Positions 19,246 to 28,978 of a stretch of DNA of 64,000 nucleotides are shown piece after piece. The translations under genes were made by a program, and so were the position numbers. Under the pieces are notes generated by a model. That model was not told the origin of the DNA and did no database searches. It saw only the letters and a list, made by a program, of their open reading frames with translations. The stretch lies in NCBI GenBank assembly GCA_040289265.1, contig PSKW01000011.1, positions 14,632-78,631 of the forward strand, in the 5' to 3' direction. This stretch comes from Gemmataceae bacterium (GTDB lineage: Bacteria; Planctomycetota; Planctomycetia; Gemmatales; HRBIN36). How positions within the stretch are numbered: position 1 is the first letter of the stretch; the number at the start of each line of letters is the position of its first letter.

Positions 19246-20232
19246 CTAGGTATTGACGAGCGGACGCGACTTTTCGCCTTGTCTATCTAGACGGTCCAAA
19301 TGTGCTCCCCACTGTCTGGCCAAGGCTACGGTCTTCTCTTTGAGTGCATCTGCCTCGGCTGGGGACATAGGCTCGAAGTGACGAGCCCATTCGACGTTTT
19401 GCTCCAGCTCTGCGATAGTTCCCATGCCTAGAACCGCAAGGGCCACGCCAGGAACGCTCAAGGCATAGCGGAGGGAAGCCTGACGCAGGTCCGGGGGCAT
19501 CTTGCAAGGGTGCACCCCGATACTGCCCCCGTAAACCTTCATGGCCACCAGACCGATCTGTTTGCTACGCGCAATCGGCCAGACAACGTGCTCGAAGGCG
19601 TAGGTGTGCCGATCCACGATGTTGACGGTGTTCATCATGACGTCTATGTCCCGCCGCTGGATGACGGCGGCAAATTTCTCGGGCCGGTTGTGGCCCGTGA
19701 TGCCGACAAAGCGCGCCAATCCTTCTTTTTTGGCCTTTTCTAGCATAGCGATGGGACCGTCGTCAGCCGTGAGACGATCGAGGTCGTAGACGGCGTGGCC
19801 GATGGAGTGGGTATAGACCAGGTCCAATTGTTCGATACCCAATTCTTTCAGGTTGCGGTGCAGCAGCGCCAGGATTTTAGAGCCGTCGGGTTCGAGGCAT
19901 TTGGAGGCGATAAAGACTTCTCGGCGTCTTTCCTTCAAGATCGGTTTGAGGTACGCCTGGGCTCGTCCATAGCCAGCGAATGCGGGGGCGGTGTCAATGT
20001 AAGTAACGCCCAGGTCAATAGCGCGGTGGATGAGCGCATGGGCCTCTTTTTCGCTCTGCAAGTTGCCGACGGCGACGGTGCCCAGGCCGATGATCGGTAC
20101 TACCACGCCGGTTTTGCCGAGCACCCGTTTGGGGATGCCGTCAGTGGGCGCGGCCAGAGCTTTAGGCAAGGCGCAAGCAGTTGCCAGCAAGCCCCCAGTG
20201 GTCTGCAAGAACTCCCGCCGCGTCGGAATCAT
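19246..20232 (-). CDS. Tat-exported aldo/keto reductase
   Basis: Tat signal TRREFL; LGKTG, IGLGT, YIDTA, IASK, DLVYTH, AMKV. Confidence 0.9.
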   Translation of the reverse strand: MIPTRREFLQTTGGLLATACALPKALAAPTDGIPKRVLGKTGVVVPIIGLGTVAVGNLQSEKEAHALIHRAIDLGVTYIDTAPAFAGYGRAQAYLKPILKERRREVFIASKCLEPDGSKILALLHRNLKELGIEQLDLVYTHSIGHAVYDLDRLTADDGPIAMLEKAKKEGLARFVGITGHNRPEKFAAVIQRRDIDVMMNTVNIVDRHTYAFEHVVWPIARSKQIGLVAMKVYGGSIGVHPCKMPPDLRQASLRYALSVPGVALAVLGMGTIAELEQNVEWARHFEPMSPAEADALKEKTVALARQWGAHLDRLDRQGEKSRPLVNT

Positions 20233-20259
20233 GACTTCCTACTATTCGGGCTATTCTCC

Positions 20260-22044
20260 TCACGATACACCGGCGTTGGGCTTTTCATCCGCATAATAAT
20301 AATCCACCCAGCCGATCATCATTTCTTCCCAGGTTTGCTCGCCCCAAAAGACCGTTTTCGTCGGATCCGGATTGTTGGGGTTGTTCGGTGAGTTGTCGAA
20401 ATGCGCCGTGCACTCGATGCGCGTACCGGCTGGCATAAAAAGAGGCTTTTCCAGACGATACTGGGTCTGCCAACCGAAATCGTAGCGTGGAACGTACAAC
20501 ACGATTTCCGCACGCCCGTCGGGATAAACGACCTTGTATTCGAAGCTTTTACCGCGCAAATGCATATGCGGCATGAAGCTCAGCAAATAGGCGTCCCGCG
20601 TGAAGGTGGAACTGGACTGGACCCGGAAATGGTCGTGGCCAGGCGGGATAGCGAAGCGCCGATTCAAAATGCTGCGCGTTCGCACGATATGCCGAGGCAG
20701 CTCCTTGGCAAAAATCAATCCCACTGAGGAGCGATCCTTTTGTGGTGTGCCATTGGGGGTGTAGTGCATTTGAAAGATCAAAGTCGAGCCTTTGGGGATA
20801 CGCTTAGCCATGCCGTCGGGGAAGATGGCGGGCAAATCGCCTGGGGCATAGCCCACGAGCAGATTGTTGCCGATCAAATCTTCGCTACGTTGTAAAGGCT
20901 GGCCCGGGGAGCGGATATAGACGATGATATGGTGCACGACCAATTTATTGCCTGGCCGAGCCTCGGCGAACTGGACCCATTTGTCTTCGGTAAAGTGGGT
21001 GGGAACTGCAAAATACAGGTACGGTACTCCGTTGGGCGCCTCTGCGGGGATTTCGACTTCTTGGGGCAATTCGAAGACCACGTCCGGCTTACCGATACGC
21101 CACCCGGAGTGGTCGGGAAATTCTCTGGGCGGCGGCAGATCGCGCTCGTCTCCCTTGGGACATCCCTGATCTATCCAAGCCAGCAACGTAGCCCGATCCT
21201 GTTCGGGCATGCTGCGATCGTTGGCGAATTTGCCGTATCGGGGGTCGGCATGCCAAGGAGGCATACGTCGTTCTGCCACGACTTCGCGGATAGTCTCTGC
21301 CCAGGCGCGGGTCTTTTCATACGTCAATAACGAAAACGGGCCGATGTGCCCTGGCCGGTGACATTCTTGGCAATGCTTTTGGATGATGCGGGACACTTCG
21401 CGGGTATAAGTCACAGACCCGGCGACTAATTCTGGCTTGCTGCGGCCGATGAAGCATCCGACCGCCGGCACATGACGTTCGCTTACTTCTTTGCCTGCCA
21501 AAGCCTTTTCCAAGGCGTCTTTCAAGTATTGCCGTTCCGGCTTGACCTTCTGATACCCTATGCCGTACTGATCGTCTATGCGTCCCCGATACACCACTTG
21601 GCGGTTTCGATCCAAAACGAAAACTTCCGGTACCCGCTTGGCCTGGAACAGGTCGGCAACCTTTTGATTTTTGTCTTTGAGCATCGGAAAAGGCACGTTG
21701 TGGCACTTCACGTGCTCGATGATTTTGCCTATGTCGTCTTGCTCGTTGCTATTGATACCGACGAATTGCACGCCCCGCGGACCGTATTCCCTGCTGAGCT
21801 GGCACAGGCGGGGCATATAGAGATTGACCAAAGGGCATTCCGTTCCCAGAAAGGCCACTACCACGACTGGACGATCGCGGAAGTCGCTCGCGGACACCAG
21901 CCGGCCATGCACGTCGGGCAACTGAAAGTCCAGCGGTGCTGTCCTGGATTCCGGTGCAGAAGCAGGCTTTTGGGAAGCGGCGAGGACACAGACCAATAGG
22001 CCGACACAGATTGGGGAAACCCATCGCCAACGCCATCCGGTCAT
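20260..22044 (-). CDS. Exported redoxin / cytochrome c / copper type II (PHM/DBH-like) monooxygenase fusion, copy A
   Basis: Signal peptide; AhpC/TSA-like TECP...GRIDD...GC; CQECH plus MPPW; Cu-ligand motifs VVHH, QMHY, PHMH, EEMM. Confidence 0.8.
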   Translation of the reverse strand: MTGWRWRWVSPICVGLLVCVLAASQKPASAPESRTAPLDFQLPDVHGRLVSASDFRDRPVVVVAFLGTECPLVNLYMPRLCQLSREYGPRGVQFVGINSNEQDDIGKIIEHVKCHNVPFPMLKDKNQKVADLFQAKRVPEVFVLDRNRQVVYRGRIDDQYGIGYQKVKPERQYLKDALEKALAGKEVSERHVPAVGCFIGRSKPELVAGSVTYTREVSRIIQKHCQECHRPGHIGPFSLLTYEKTRAWAETIREVVAERRMPPWHADPRYGKFANDRSMPEQDRATLLAWIDQGCPKGDERDLPPPREFPDHSGWRIGKPDVVFELPQEVEIPAEAPNGVPYLYFAVPTHFTEDKWVQFAEARPGNKLVVHHIIVYIRSPGQPLQRSEDLIGNNLLVGYAPGDLPAIFPDGMAKRIPKGSTLIFQMHYTPNGTPQKDRSSVGLIFAKELPRHIVRTRSILNRRFAIPPGHDHFRVQSSSTFTRDAYLLSFMPHMHLRGKSFEYKVVYPDGRAEIVLYVPRYDFGWQTQYRLEKPLFMPAGTRIECTAHFDNSPNNPNNPDPTKTVFWGEQTWEEMMIGWVDYYYADEKPNAGVS

Positions 22045-22148
22045 CGTCGAGCTCCTTCCTCTGGGCTGCCCTGGGCTGCTATACCCTTGCGCGACACACC
22101 GCGACGCAGGCGGTGCGCGTGCAACACGACGGCGCGCCGGTTCTGCTC

Positions 22149-23084
22149 TCACGAGCCCGGGCCAGGCGTTATACTTAGCTTCAAAATACGGTCCCCCCGC
22201 TTGATGGACACTTCTACCGTTTCGCCCGGCGCGATTTTTTCCAAAGCGCGAAAACAATCCTCTATAGAATCCGTCCACCGTCCATCCAGTGTAAGCAACC
22301 GATCCTGTGCCTGCAAGCCGGCACGTGCCGCCGGCGTGTCTGGGTAGACATGAACGATGGTCACCCCGGCACTATCGTCATCTTTTGCCTTTTCGACCCG
22401 ACACCCCCAAAGCGCCCCCGGGACCAGCACCCGTACCTCTTGTTCGCTTCGGGGAGCCACCATACGCCCCATGAGCTCCGTCATCACATCCGGCGGACGA
22501 TAATCCACGGATACGAACTGCAGCTGCTTAGCCCGATAGTCTACGGTCGTACGGAACCTTGCGAAAAAGGGAAAGCCCACGATTCCATCTATCGGTCCTA
22601 CTGCTTGGGCCAATGCTTTGAGCAAGGGATGGTCCATGACCACCACCGGCACGTCTTCCACACGGGCGTCGCCTAGCTCCAGAGTCTTGACAGTGGTCTG
22701 ACCGCGCATGCCGAAAAAGGCGGGCCTTTTAAGAGCCTCGGCGCTGAAAAGTTCCGCTTCCTTGGCGATCCGATTCCCCAGAACGACGAGCGGCGCGCCG
22801 GTGTCGAAGACCACACGGAACGGCCCCTTGCCGTTGACGCGTATCTGCACTGCGAAATGCATCGTGGGCAACAATTCGAAAGGCACAGTAACCGGCCGTG
22901 GCGTTTTTCGAACCTGCTCGAGCGTCTTCGCACGAGGAGCACTCTGGGCCGGTGCCTGAACCAGGACCTGCCCGTCAGCTATCGGTACTGGAGCGCGCCA
23001 TGGAGCGTGCCAGCCCGGCGCATCAGGCACCAGAGCCACCATCCAACACGACCACGCAATCCAGAGCGCCTGTGATACGAACAT
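22149..23084 (-). CDS. Exported retropepsin-like aspartyl protease with C-terminal PDZ domain, copy B
   Basis: VNGKGPFRVVFDTGA, GIVGFPFF, PDZ TPAARAGLQAQD; hydrophobic N-terminus. Confidence 0.85.
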   Translation of the reverse strand: MFVSQALWIAWSCWMVALVPDAPGWHAPWRAPVPIADGQVLVQAPAQSAPRAKTLEQVRKTPRPVTVPFELLPTMHFAVQIRVNGKGPFRVVFDTGAPLVVLGNRIAKEAELFSAEALKRPAFFGMRGQTTVKTLELGDARVEDVPVVVMDHPLLKALAQAVGPIDGIVGFPFFARFRTTVDYRAKQLQFVSVDYRPPDVMTELMGRMVAPRSEQEVRVLVPGALWGCRVEKAKDDDSAGVTIVHVYPDTPAARAGLQAQDRLLTLDGRWTDSIEDCFRALEKIAPGETVEVSIKRGDRILKLSITPGPGS

Positions 23085-23115
23085 CTTCTCCTCCGATGCC
23101 TCGGCGGTGATGCCG

Positions 23116-24090
23116 CTAGAAAGCAATTTCCTGAGGGATCTTAAGGGTGCGCTCGCCGGCAGCCGAGCGTACCGTGATTTCCAGGTCGCCTCCTCGGTAG
23201 TGTCGGTACGCCTGAGCAAGGTCGCGAGCGTGACGCACCGGCCTGCCGGCAATTGCGGTAACCGAGTCGCCGACTTTCACCCCGGCCCGATAGGCAGGAC
23301 TGTCGAGTACGACTTTGCGGACTAGCAAGCCCTCTTCGGTCTCTTGGTACTCGATACCCAAGAAAGGCCGCTGCAAAAATTGTGTTTCCGGGCGCCGACC
23401 GCCGAGCAAAGTAGAAAAAAGAGTGGCCATGCCACTCATCATGGACACCTCGGGGGGGACTTTGCCTCCGAGCTGTGCCAGTCCTTTAGGGGCAGGCGGC
23501 TTCCACGAGAGCGGTGTCCAATGCAGATGCCGCTGGGTGAAGTCGTACTCGATGCGAAAGCGTGCCAGCACGGTATAGCCCAACATCCCGTGATAGCGCA
23601 CGCCTGCCAAATTCATACGGTTCATACCAACGAGCTGGAACGGATCCTCGACCAGTACGCGCTCCTTGTTCAAGAGGATGCCCCCCTCGATTTCCAAGGT
23701 ATTGCACACAGCCCATCCCCTGGCGTCCGGCTGCAAACCGGCTTTCCCTGCTGCTTCCGTACCCACAAAGACCGCAGGCGCGCCGGTATCCAAGATGAAA
23801 TGGAAAGGCCCTTTGCCGTTGATTTTGGCCCGGACCATAACGTGTTTGACCGGAGTGAGCTCATAGGGAACCCGATAGCGCTGTGTTGCATCGGTGCCTC
23901 GCTCGGCCTGGCCGTGCCGCTCGACCGAGGAAAGCGCAACGTATTGGCTGGCCTCATTCGCACCGGCCGAGATGGACCTGGGCGCAGTGACCACCGGCCC
24001 CGGGCGGGCCGATACTGTCGAGCCATTGTAAAACCAGCCGATATTCCACAGACTGGCCAGAAAACCTACGGTCACAAGTTGCGCTAACAT
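23116..24090 (-). CDS. Exported retropepsin-like aspartyl protease with C-terminal PDZ domain, copy B'
   Basis: INGKGPFHFILDTGA, GMLGYTVL, PDZ FLGI...SPAYRAGVKVGD. Confidence 0.85.
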   Translation of the reverse strand: MLAQLVTVGFLASLWNIGWFYNGSTVSARPGPVVTAPRSISAGANEASQYVALSSVERHGQAERGTDATQRYRVPYELTPVKHVMVRAKINGKGPFHFILDTGAPAVFVGTEAAGKAGLQPDARGWAVCNTLEIEGGILLNKERVLVEDPFQLVGMNRMNLAGVRYHGMLGYTVLARFRIEYDFTQRHLHWTPLSWKPPAPKGLAQLGGKVPPEVSMMSGMATLFSTLLGGRRPETQFLQRPFLGIEYQETEEGLLVRKVVLDSPAYRAGVKVGDSVTAIAGRPVRHARDLAQAYRHYRGGDLEITVRSAAGERTLKIPQEIAF

Positions 24091-24158
24091 GTTGCCTGCG
24101 CTCCAGCAAAAAGCAATGCATCGAGAAAACAGCAAGTCGAGCCTGTCAACTCGCTTGT

Positions 24159-26138
24159 TCAATTTTTCGGTTTCATAGGCTGTTTGTCGCTCTGCCCTGT
24201 TTCACCCCTGGCTTGGCGCGGGGGCGCTGGGCCAAAAAGTACCGGCCGGAATCCTTTTTGCGCCCCGACACGGTCGGAAGTCACGCCTAAAAAGACAAAG
24301 CACATTTCATCGGTGGTCTGCTGGCCCAGCCGCACCGGTTTGGGCGGGCTGTTCGGATTGAGCGGATTGTTCTCGGAGTTATCGTACACCGCTTCGAGAT
24401 CGAAGCGCGTACCGGTCGGGATATGCATGGGTTCGTTGAGGAAATACATTTCTTGCCAGAGGTAATCCCATCGAGGGATGTTGATCAATTCCTTCTGGCT
24501 GCCGTCGGGAAAAGTCACCGTACAGCGAATGGACTTGCCCAAAAGATGCATGTGGGGAAAAACAGTGTACAAGGTCAGGTCTTCGTGGGCGTAAGCACGT
24601 CCGCGTACCACAAAGTGGTCGTTATTGGCCGGGATGGCCAACAAAAGTCCCGCCAGGACTGCAGAGAGGTAACGATGCGTGACCGGGCCGTCGGCAAAAT
24701 ACAAACCGATGCGGGTACGGTCGCGCTCTAATTTGCCCGTGCGGTGGTAATGGATCTGCACGACGATATCGGCACCTTTGGGAAGCAAGTATCCCACGCC
24801 TGGGGGCATGGGTCGAATGAGCAACCCCGGCGCCCATCCGCCCAGCTCGCCGTCCAGCGGGATAAAGCCTACGCCCATGCGCGTCGAATATCCCGGTCCA
24901 CGATCTACCTCGTCGGAGCTTTTGGGGCGCTTGCGTTCGGCCTCTTCCAGGCGGCGGGCGACACCACGCGTATCTAGCAAATGGACCGTGTGATGGACCA
25001 CGCGCGGATTGCCTGGGCGCACTTCGACCGCTCGCACGAACTTATCCTCGGGCAAATGAGTAGGAAAGACGAAGCATCGAAACAAGTCGCGTCCCGTGGG
25101 GCCGATAACCATTTCTTCTGGCATTTCCAGAACCAGATCGGGTTCACCTAATTGCCAGCCAGAGGTGAATCGAGGAGCTGGCGGGGCCTGCGCCGGATCG
25201 CCGGCGGGCATCCCTGCATCTACCCAGCGCGCCAAAAGATCCAGCTCCCGCGGGCTCAAACTCCGTTCATTGACATACATGCCCCGTTGTACTGGCTTCC
25301 AGGGGGGCATTTGTCCGTTTTGCGTGAACTCTTTGATGTCCTTGCCCCAGCGTCTGGCCTGTTCGTAGGTGACCAGCGAAAAAGGCGCCACTTCGCCTGG
25401 ACGATGGCACGACTGACACTTGTTCTGCAAAATCGGCACGATATCGCGGTAAAAGGTCACAGGCCCCTGTCGCGCAGGTGTGTCCTCTTTGCCGTCCGCG
25501 GGCTTCTCGATGGTGCATCCATAGGCTACGGTCGAGGCCACCGATACCGGCTTGCCAGCCAATACTTCTTCCAACGCTACGCGTAGGTCTTCACGGCTAA
25601 TCTGAGGTCTCGTGCGCAAACGCGCCCAATAACCGTCGTCAATGCGGCCGCGATACCGTAGCACACCCTCTCCGTCCAAAACAAAAGCTTCCGGGGTCAC
25701 GCGCGCGTCCAGTGCTCGCACGGCGGCGTAGGCTTCATCTACCAGCAGGGGCACGCGCGTGTCGTAGGCCCGCAAGTGCGCCGTCAGCGATTTGGCCTCG
25801 ACTGGCCCAGGGTGGACCAAGAAGAAAGCCACGCCTTCGGCAGCAAAGCGTCGCGCTAAATCGCCGAGGACCGGCAAATAAGCGTTGGCCATCGGGCATT
25901 CCGGCGAAAAGAAGACAATGACGGTGGCGCGTTTTCCCTTGTGCGCGCTCAAGGATCGAACATCGCCGTCGAGCGTCTTGAGACGCACATCGGCAATTCG
26001 TTCTCCCAGACGGGAAACGACAGGCGTCTCTTTCTTTTCGGCTCCGCCCCAGGTGTATGGCACATAGGCAACCAGCGCAATCATGCAAAGTGCCAAAAAA
26101 ATACACGCCCTAACAGTGTATCGCTCAAGCGCGGACAT
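24159..26138 (-). CDS. Exported redoxin / cytochrome c / copper type II (PHM/DBH-like) monooxygenase fusion, copy A'
   Basis: Signal/TM segment; PECP...GRIDD...YGC; CQSCH plus MPPW; VVHH, QIHYH, PHMH, DEMC. Confidence 0.8.
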   Translation of the reverse strand: MSALERYTVRACIFLALCMIALVAYVPYTWGGAEKKETPVVSRLGERIADVRLKTLDGDVRSLSAHKGKRATVIVFFSPECPMANAYLPVLGDLARRFAAEGVAFFLVHPGPVEAKSLTAHLRAYDTRVPLLVDEAYAAVRALDARVTPEAFVLDGEGVLRYRGRIDDGYWARLRTRPQISREDLRVALEEVLAGKPVSVASTVAYGCTIEKPADGKEDTPARQGPVTFYRDIVPILQNKCQSCHRPGEVAPFSLVTYEQARRWGKDIKEFTQNGQMPPWKPVQRGMYVNERSLSPRELDLLARWVDAGMPAGDPAQAPPAPRFTSGWQLGEPDLVLEMPEEMVIGPTGRDLFRCFVFPTHLPEDKFVRAVEVRPGNPRVVHHTVHLLDTRGVARRLEEAERKRPKSSDEVDRGPGYSTRMGVGFIPLDGELGGWAPGLLIRPMPPGVGYLLPKGADIVVQIHYHRTGKLERDRTRIGLYFADGPVTHRYLSAVLAGLLLAIPANNDHFVVRGRAYAHEDLTLYTVFPHMHLLGKSIRCTVTFPDGSQKELINIPRWDYLWQEMYFLNEPMHIPTGTRFDLEAVYDNSENNPLNPNSPPKPVRLGQQTTDEMCFVFLGVTSDRVGAQKGFRPVLFGPAPPRQARGETGQSDKQPMKPKN

Positions 26139-26334
26139 ACAGACCTCCTTGGCGTCTTCGCTCTCGCCGAACAGATTGAGCACATTCCACCGTCTCGAAA
26201 CCCATTACCCGTCCCCTGTACGATCGGTTTCGCTGCCGACCGTGGGCGGCAGGGACGATTGTCACAGCGCTTGCGGGTCCGGCCAGAGCTGTCTGTGCCT
26301 ACGCCTCCGTCCCTACCTGCATACATTCAGTGAT

Positions 26335-27870
26335 TTACGGACTGTCAGCACTGGCGGCGCTGTCTAAAAGCGCGCGGAATTTTTCAGCCGCCGCGCGTGG
26401 GTCCTCGGACTGACAAATGGCATGGCCAACAGCAACCCGGCGGATGCCTGTGGCCAAGACCAGCGGCAAATTATCCAGGCTGATGCCGCCGATGGCGAAA
26501 ACAGGTAGGGCCGTCCTCTGGGCCGCCTGGCGCACGTAATCCAGCCCTGCCAATTCGGTAAAATCTTTGGTACGACTGGGAAAGACCGGTCCGGCGCCGA
26601 CATAGTCAGCTTTGGCGATAATTGCCTGGTGGAGCTGTTCGATGTTGTGCGTACTTACGCCTACGATCGCCTGCGGACCGAGGATGCGTCTGACTTCGGC
26701 AGCCGCCAAATCTTCCTGGCCCACATGGACCCCGTCGGCCTCTACCAACGCAGCGATGTCGGCGCGGTCGTTGACGATCAATGGTACCTTTTCCCGATAA
26801 GTCCACCGACGCACCTGGCGCGCGCGTGCGATCAAGTCACGATCAGCGAGCGATTTTTCTCGCAGCTGGACCATTTGCACGCCCCCGGCGATGGCCTCGC
26901 GCACGGTAAATTCCAGCGACGCAGCACAGGCTTGGCCGCTCACTAGCAGATACAAGCGGACATGCTCGAGGCGTGCACGCGCCTGACGCATACTGGCCAG
27001 TGCACCCTCGAGCGTATAGGCCCGATAACGCATTTTTTGAAACCAGGAGGCCAGCTCGCCACCGAGGGCCACTTGCGCGTATTCTTCCAAACTGCGCAAG
27101 GCTTCCTGAAGCCGACGGAAATTGGCGACGATAACATCCTCGGTCCGTTGACGCCCGCTGGCTGCTTCGATATGGATCGCAGGACCTATGTCGCCGGGGG
27201 TATCGCGACAGCGGATCGTCTCCGGCGCAGTGCGCTCCTGGAGAACATGCGTCAATTCGTGACGCATCTGCTTGAGCTCACCGGTCAAATAAGGGTCGTC
27301 GAGCCCGAAGCGGCAATAGTCCTCCAAGACGCGTAGCGCCTCGCGAGCGCGATTGGCATTGGCATCCAGGATGCGATGTACTTCCCATTCCTCGCGGGTA
27401 GGGTGCAAGTCCAAAGGCGTATCCATGACCAGTTCGGTCGCCTCCGCCCGCAGCTCTTTCTCCACATCTTCCGAGAAAAAACCGACCCGCCCTAGCAGAT
27501 CTCTCAAGTAAGCGTCGCGCTCCAGAAGAGCGGCCAAGAGATGGCCTGTGCTAACGATCCGCTCACCGGACCACTCGGCAGCCAGACGCCGGGCTACATG
27601 GAGTGTAGTTTCCACGTCTGGAGCTAAAGGGATTCGGGCGGGTGCCTGCAGCGGTTCTAGATCCCGATCGCCTGCTTGCAGGAGCGTCCGCAATTTGGCC
27701 GGGGTTATGCCTCGCTGACTCAAGAGCGTCGCCACGCGTCCTTCTTCTTCCTGGACCAAAGCCAACAGGACGTGAACATGCTCGACCTGAGCAGCGCCCA
27801 TACAGGAGGCCCAAGCCGCCGCAACTTCCAACGCTCGCGCTACTCCAGCAGTGTGTTCCGGTAAAGTCAT
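26335..27870 (-). CDS. thiE: Thiamine-phosphate synthase with an N-terminal Clp-repeat domain and a ThiD2-like helical domain
   Basis: QLREK, IVNDRAD, GVHVGQED, GVSTH, GPVFPSRTK, FAIGGI; middle RILDANANRAREALRVLED; N-terminal HVLLAL and GHLLAALL Clp repeats. Confidence 0.9.
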   Translation of the reverse strand: MTLPEHTAGVARALEVAAAWASCMGAAQVEHVHVLLALVQEEEGRVATLLSQRGITPAKLRTLLQAGDRDLEPLQAPARIPLAPDVETTLHVARRLAAEWSGERIVSTGHLLAALLERDAYLRDLLGRVGFFSEDVEKELRAEATELVMDTPLDLHPTREEWEVHRILDANANRAREALRVLEDYCRFGLDDPYLTGELKQMRHELTHVLQERTAPETIRCRDTPGDIGPAIHIEAASGRQRTEDVIVANFRRLQEALRSLEEYAQVALGGELASWFQKMRYRAYTLEGALASMRQARARLEHVRLYLLVSGQACAASLEFTVREAIAGGVQMVQLREKSLADRDLIARARQVRRWTYREKVPLIVNDRADIAALVEADGVHVGQEDLAAAEVRRILGPQAIVGVSTHNIEQLHQAIIAKADYVGAGPVFPSRTKDFTELAGLDYVRQAAQRTALPVFAIGGISLDNLPLVLATGIRRVAVGHAICQSEDPRAAAEKFRALLDSAASADSP

Positions 27871-27982
27871 GGCGCTTTTCTCAGTCCGGCGATCGTGGAC
27901 CCAAAGACCAGCGGAAGCGCTGCGGCGGCACGTGTGCAGCGACGGCCAACTTCCGTCGAGGCCCGATCCGCTCCGCTACAGG

Positions 27983-28978
27983 TCACTCTCCTTTGGGCTG
28001 CCTCATCATCAGGTCCAGGACCGCTTCCTGAGGCGCTTTGCCTTGGTACAGGACGCGGTACACCTCTGTGGCAATTGGCAAATCCAAGCCCAATCGCTGG
28101 GCCTTCTCATAAACACTCCGCACCGTGTAGACACCTTCGGCGACCTGCTGCATACCGCCTAACACGCTGACGAGCGGCATACCTCGACCGATCAATTCAC
28201 CCACGCGGCGATTGCGTCCATGCCTGCTGATACACGTCGTAATGAGATCGCCGATGCCGGCGAGACCAAAAAAGGTCTCTCTACAGGCGCCGAAAGCCGT
28301 GCCGAAACGAATCAATTCCGGTATAGCGCGAGTCAGCAACGCAGCTTTGGCGTTGTCCCCGAAGCCGAGACCGTCGCTGATGCCCGCAGCGATGGCGATG
28401 ACATTTTTCAGAGCCGCCGCCAACTCGACGCCGATGGTATCCGTTTGCGTGTAAACGCGCAGCCGATCCGACATGAACAGTGTTTGCACGGCGCGTGCCT
28501 GGTCCTGATCGGAGGCAGCCACCACCATACTGGTCGGAAGTCCGCGGCTAAGTTCCTCGGCGTGGCTGGGGCCGGAAAAAACCGCCACCGGACGCGGCCC
28601 AAGCTCTTCACATATGATCTGCGAAGGTCGCGCGAAAGTGGCGATCTCCAACCCCTTGGCGACGCTTACCGCTGGAGTGGGGCAGCTGGCGAGCGGCCTG
28701 AGCTGTGCTAACGTCTGCCGCAAATAGACCGTGGGAATAGCTACTACCCACAGGTCTGTCTCCGTTATCGGTTCCGTTTCACAGGTCAGCCGGACTTCGT
28801 CGGGTATCTGCACCCCGGGCAAATAGCGAACATTTTCACGCCTGGCGACCAAAGTATCGTGATATTCGCGCGAACGGCTCCACAGCCAGACTTGCTCCAC
28901 CCGGCGAGCCAGAAGCACAGCTAGGGCAGTCCCCATGCCACCATCGCCCAGGATTGCCACTCGCCGAAACGGTAACAT
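27983..28978 (-). CDS. gpsA: NAD(P)H-dependent glycerol-3-phosphate dehydrogenase
   Basis: GDGGMGTALA, SGPSHAEE, ALKNVIAIAAG, GLAGIGDLITTC, RNRRVG, AEGV. Confidence 0.95.
   Translation of the reverse strand: MLPFRRVAILGDGGMGTALAVLLARRVEQVWLWSRSREYHDTLVARRENVRYLPGVQIPDEVRLTCETEPITETDLWVVAIPTVYLRQTLAQLRPLASCPTPAVSVAKGLEIATFARPSQIICEELGPRPVAVFSGPSHAEELSRGLPTSMVVAASDQDQARAVQTLFMSDRLRVYTQTDTIGVELAAALKNVIAIAAGISDGLGFGDNAKAALLTRAIPELIRFGTAFGACRETFFGLAGIGDLITTCISRHGRNRRVGELIGRGMPLVSVLGGMQQVAEGVYTVRSVYEKAQRLGLDLPIATEVYRVLYQGKAPQEAVLDLMMRQPKGE

Noticed and set aside
27871-27982. Possible TPP riboswitch upstream of thiE (CTGAGA is present)
   Set aside because: The other conserved elements (ACCTGA, TAATGCC, GCGNAGG) and the required spacing are absent.
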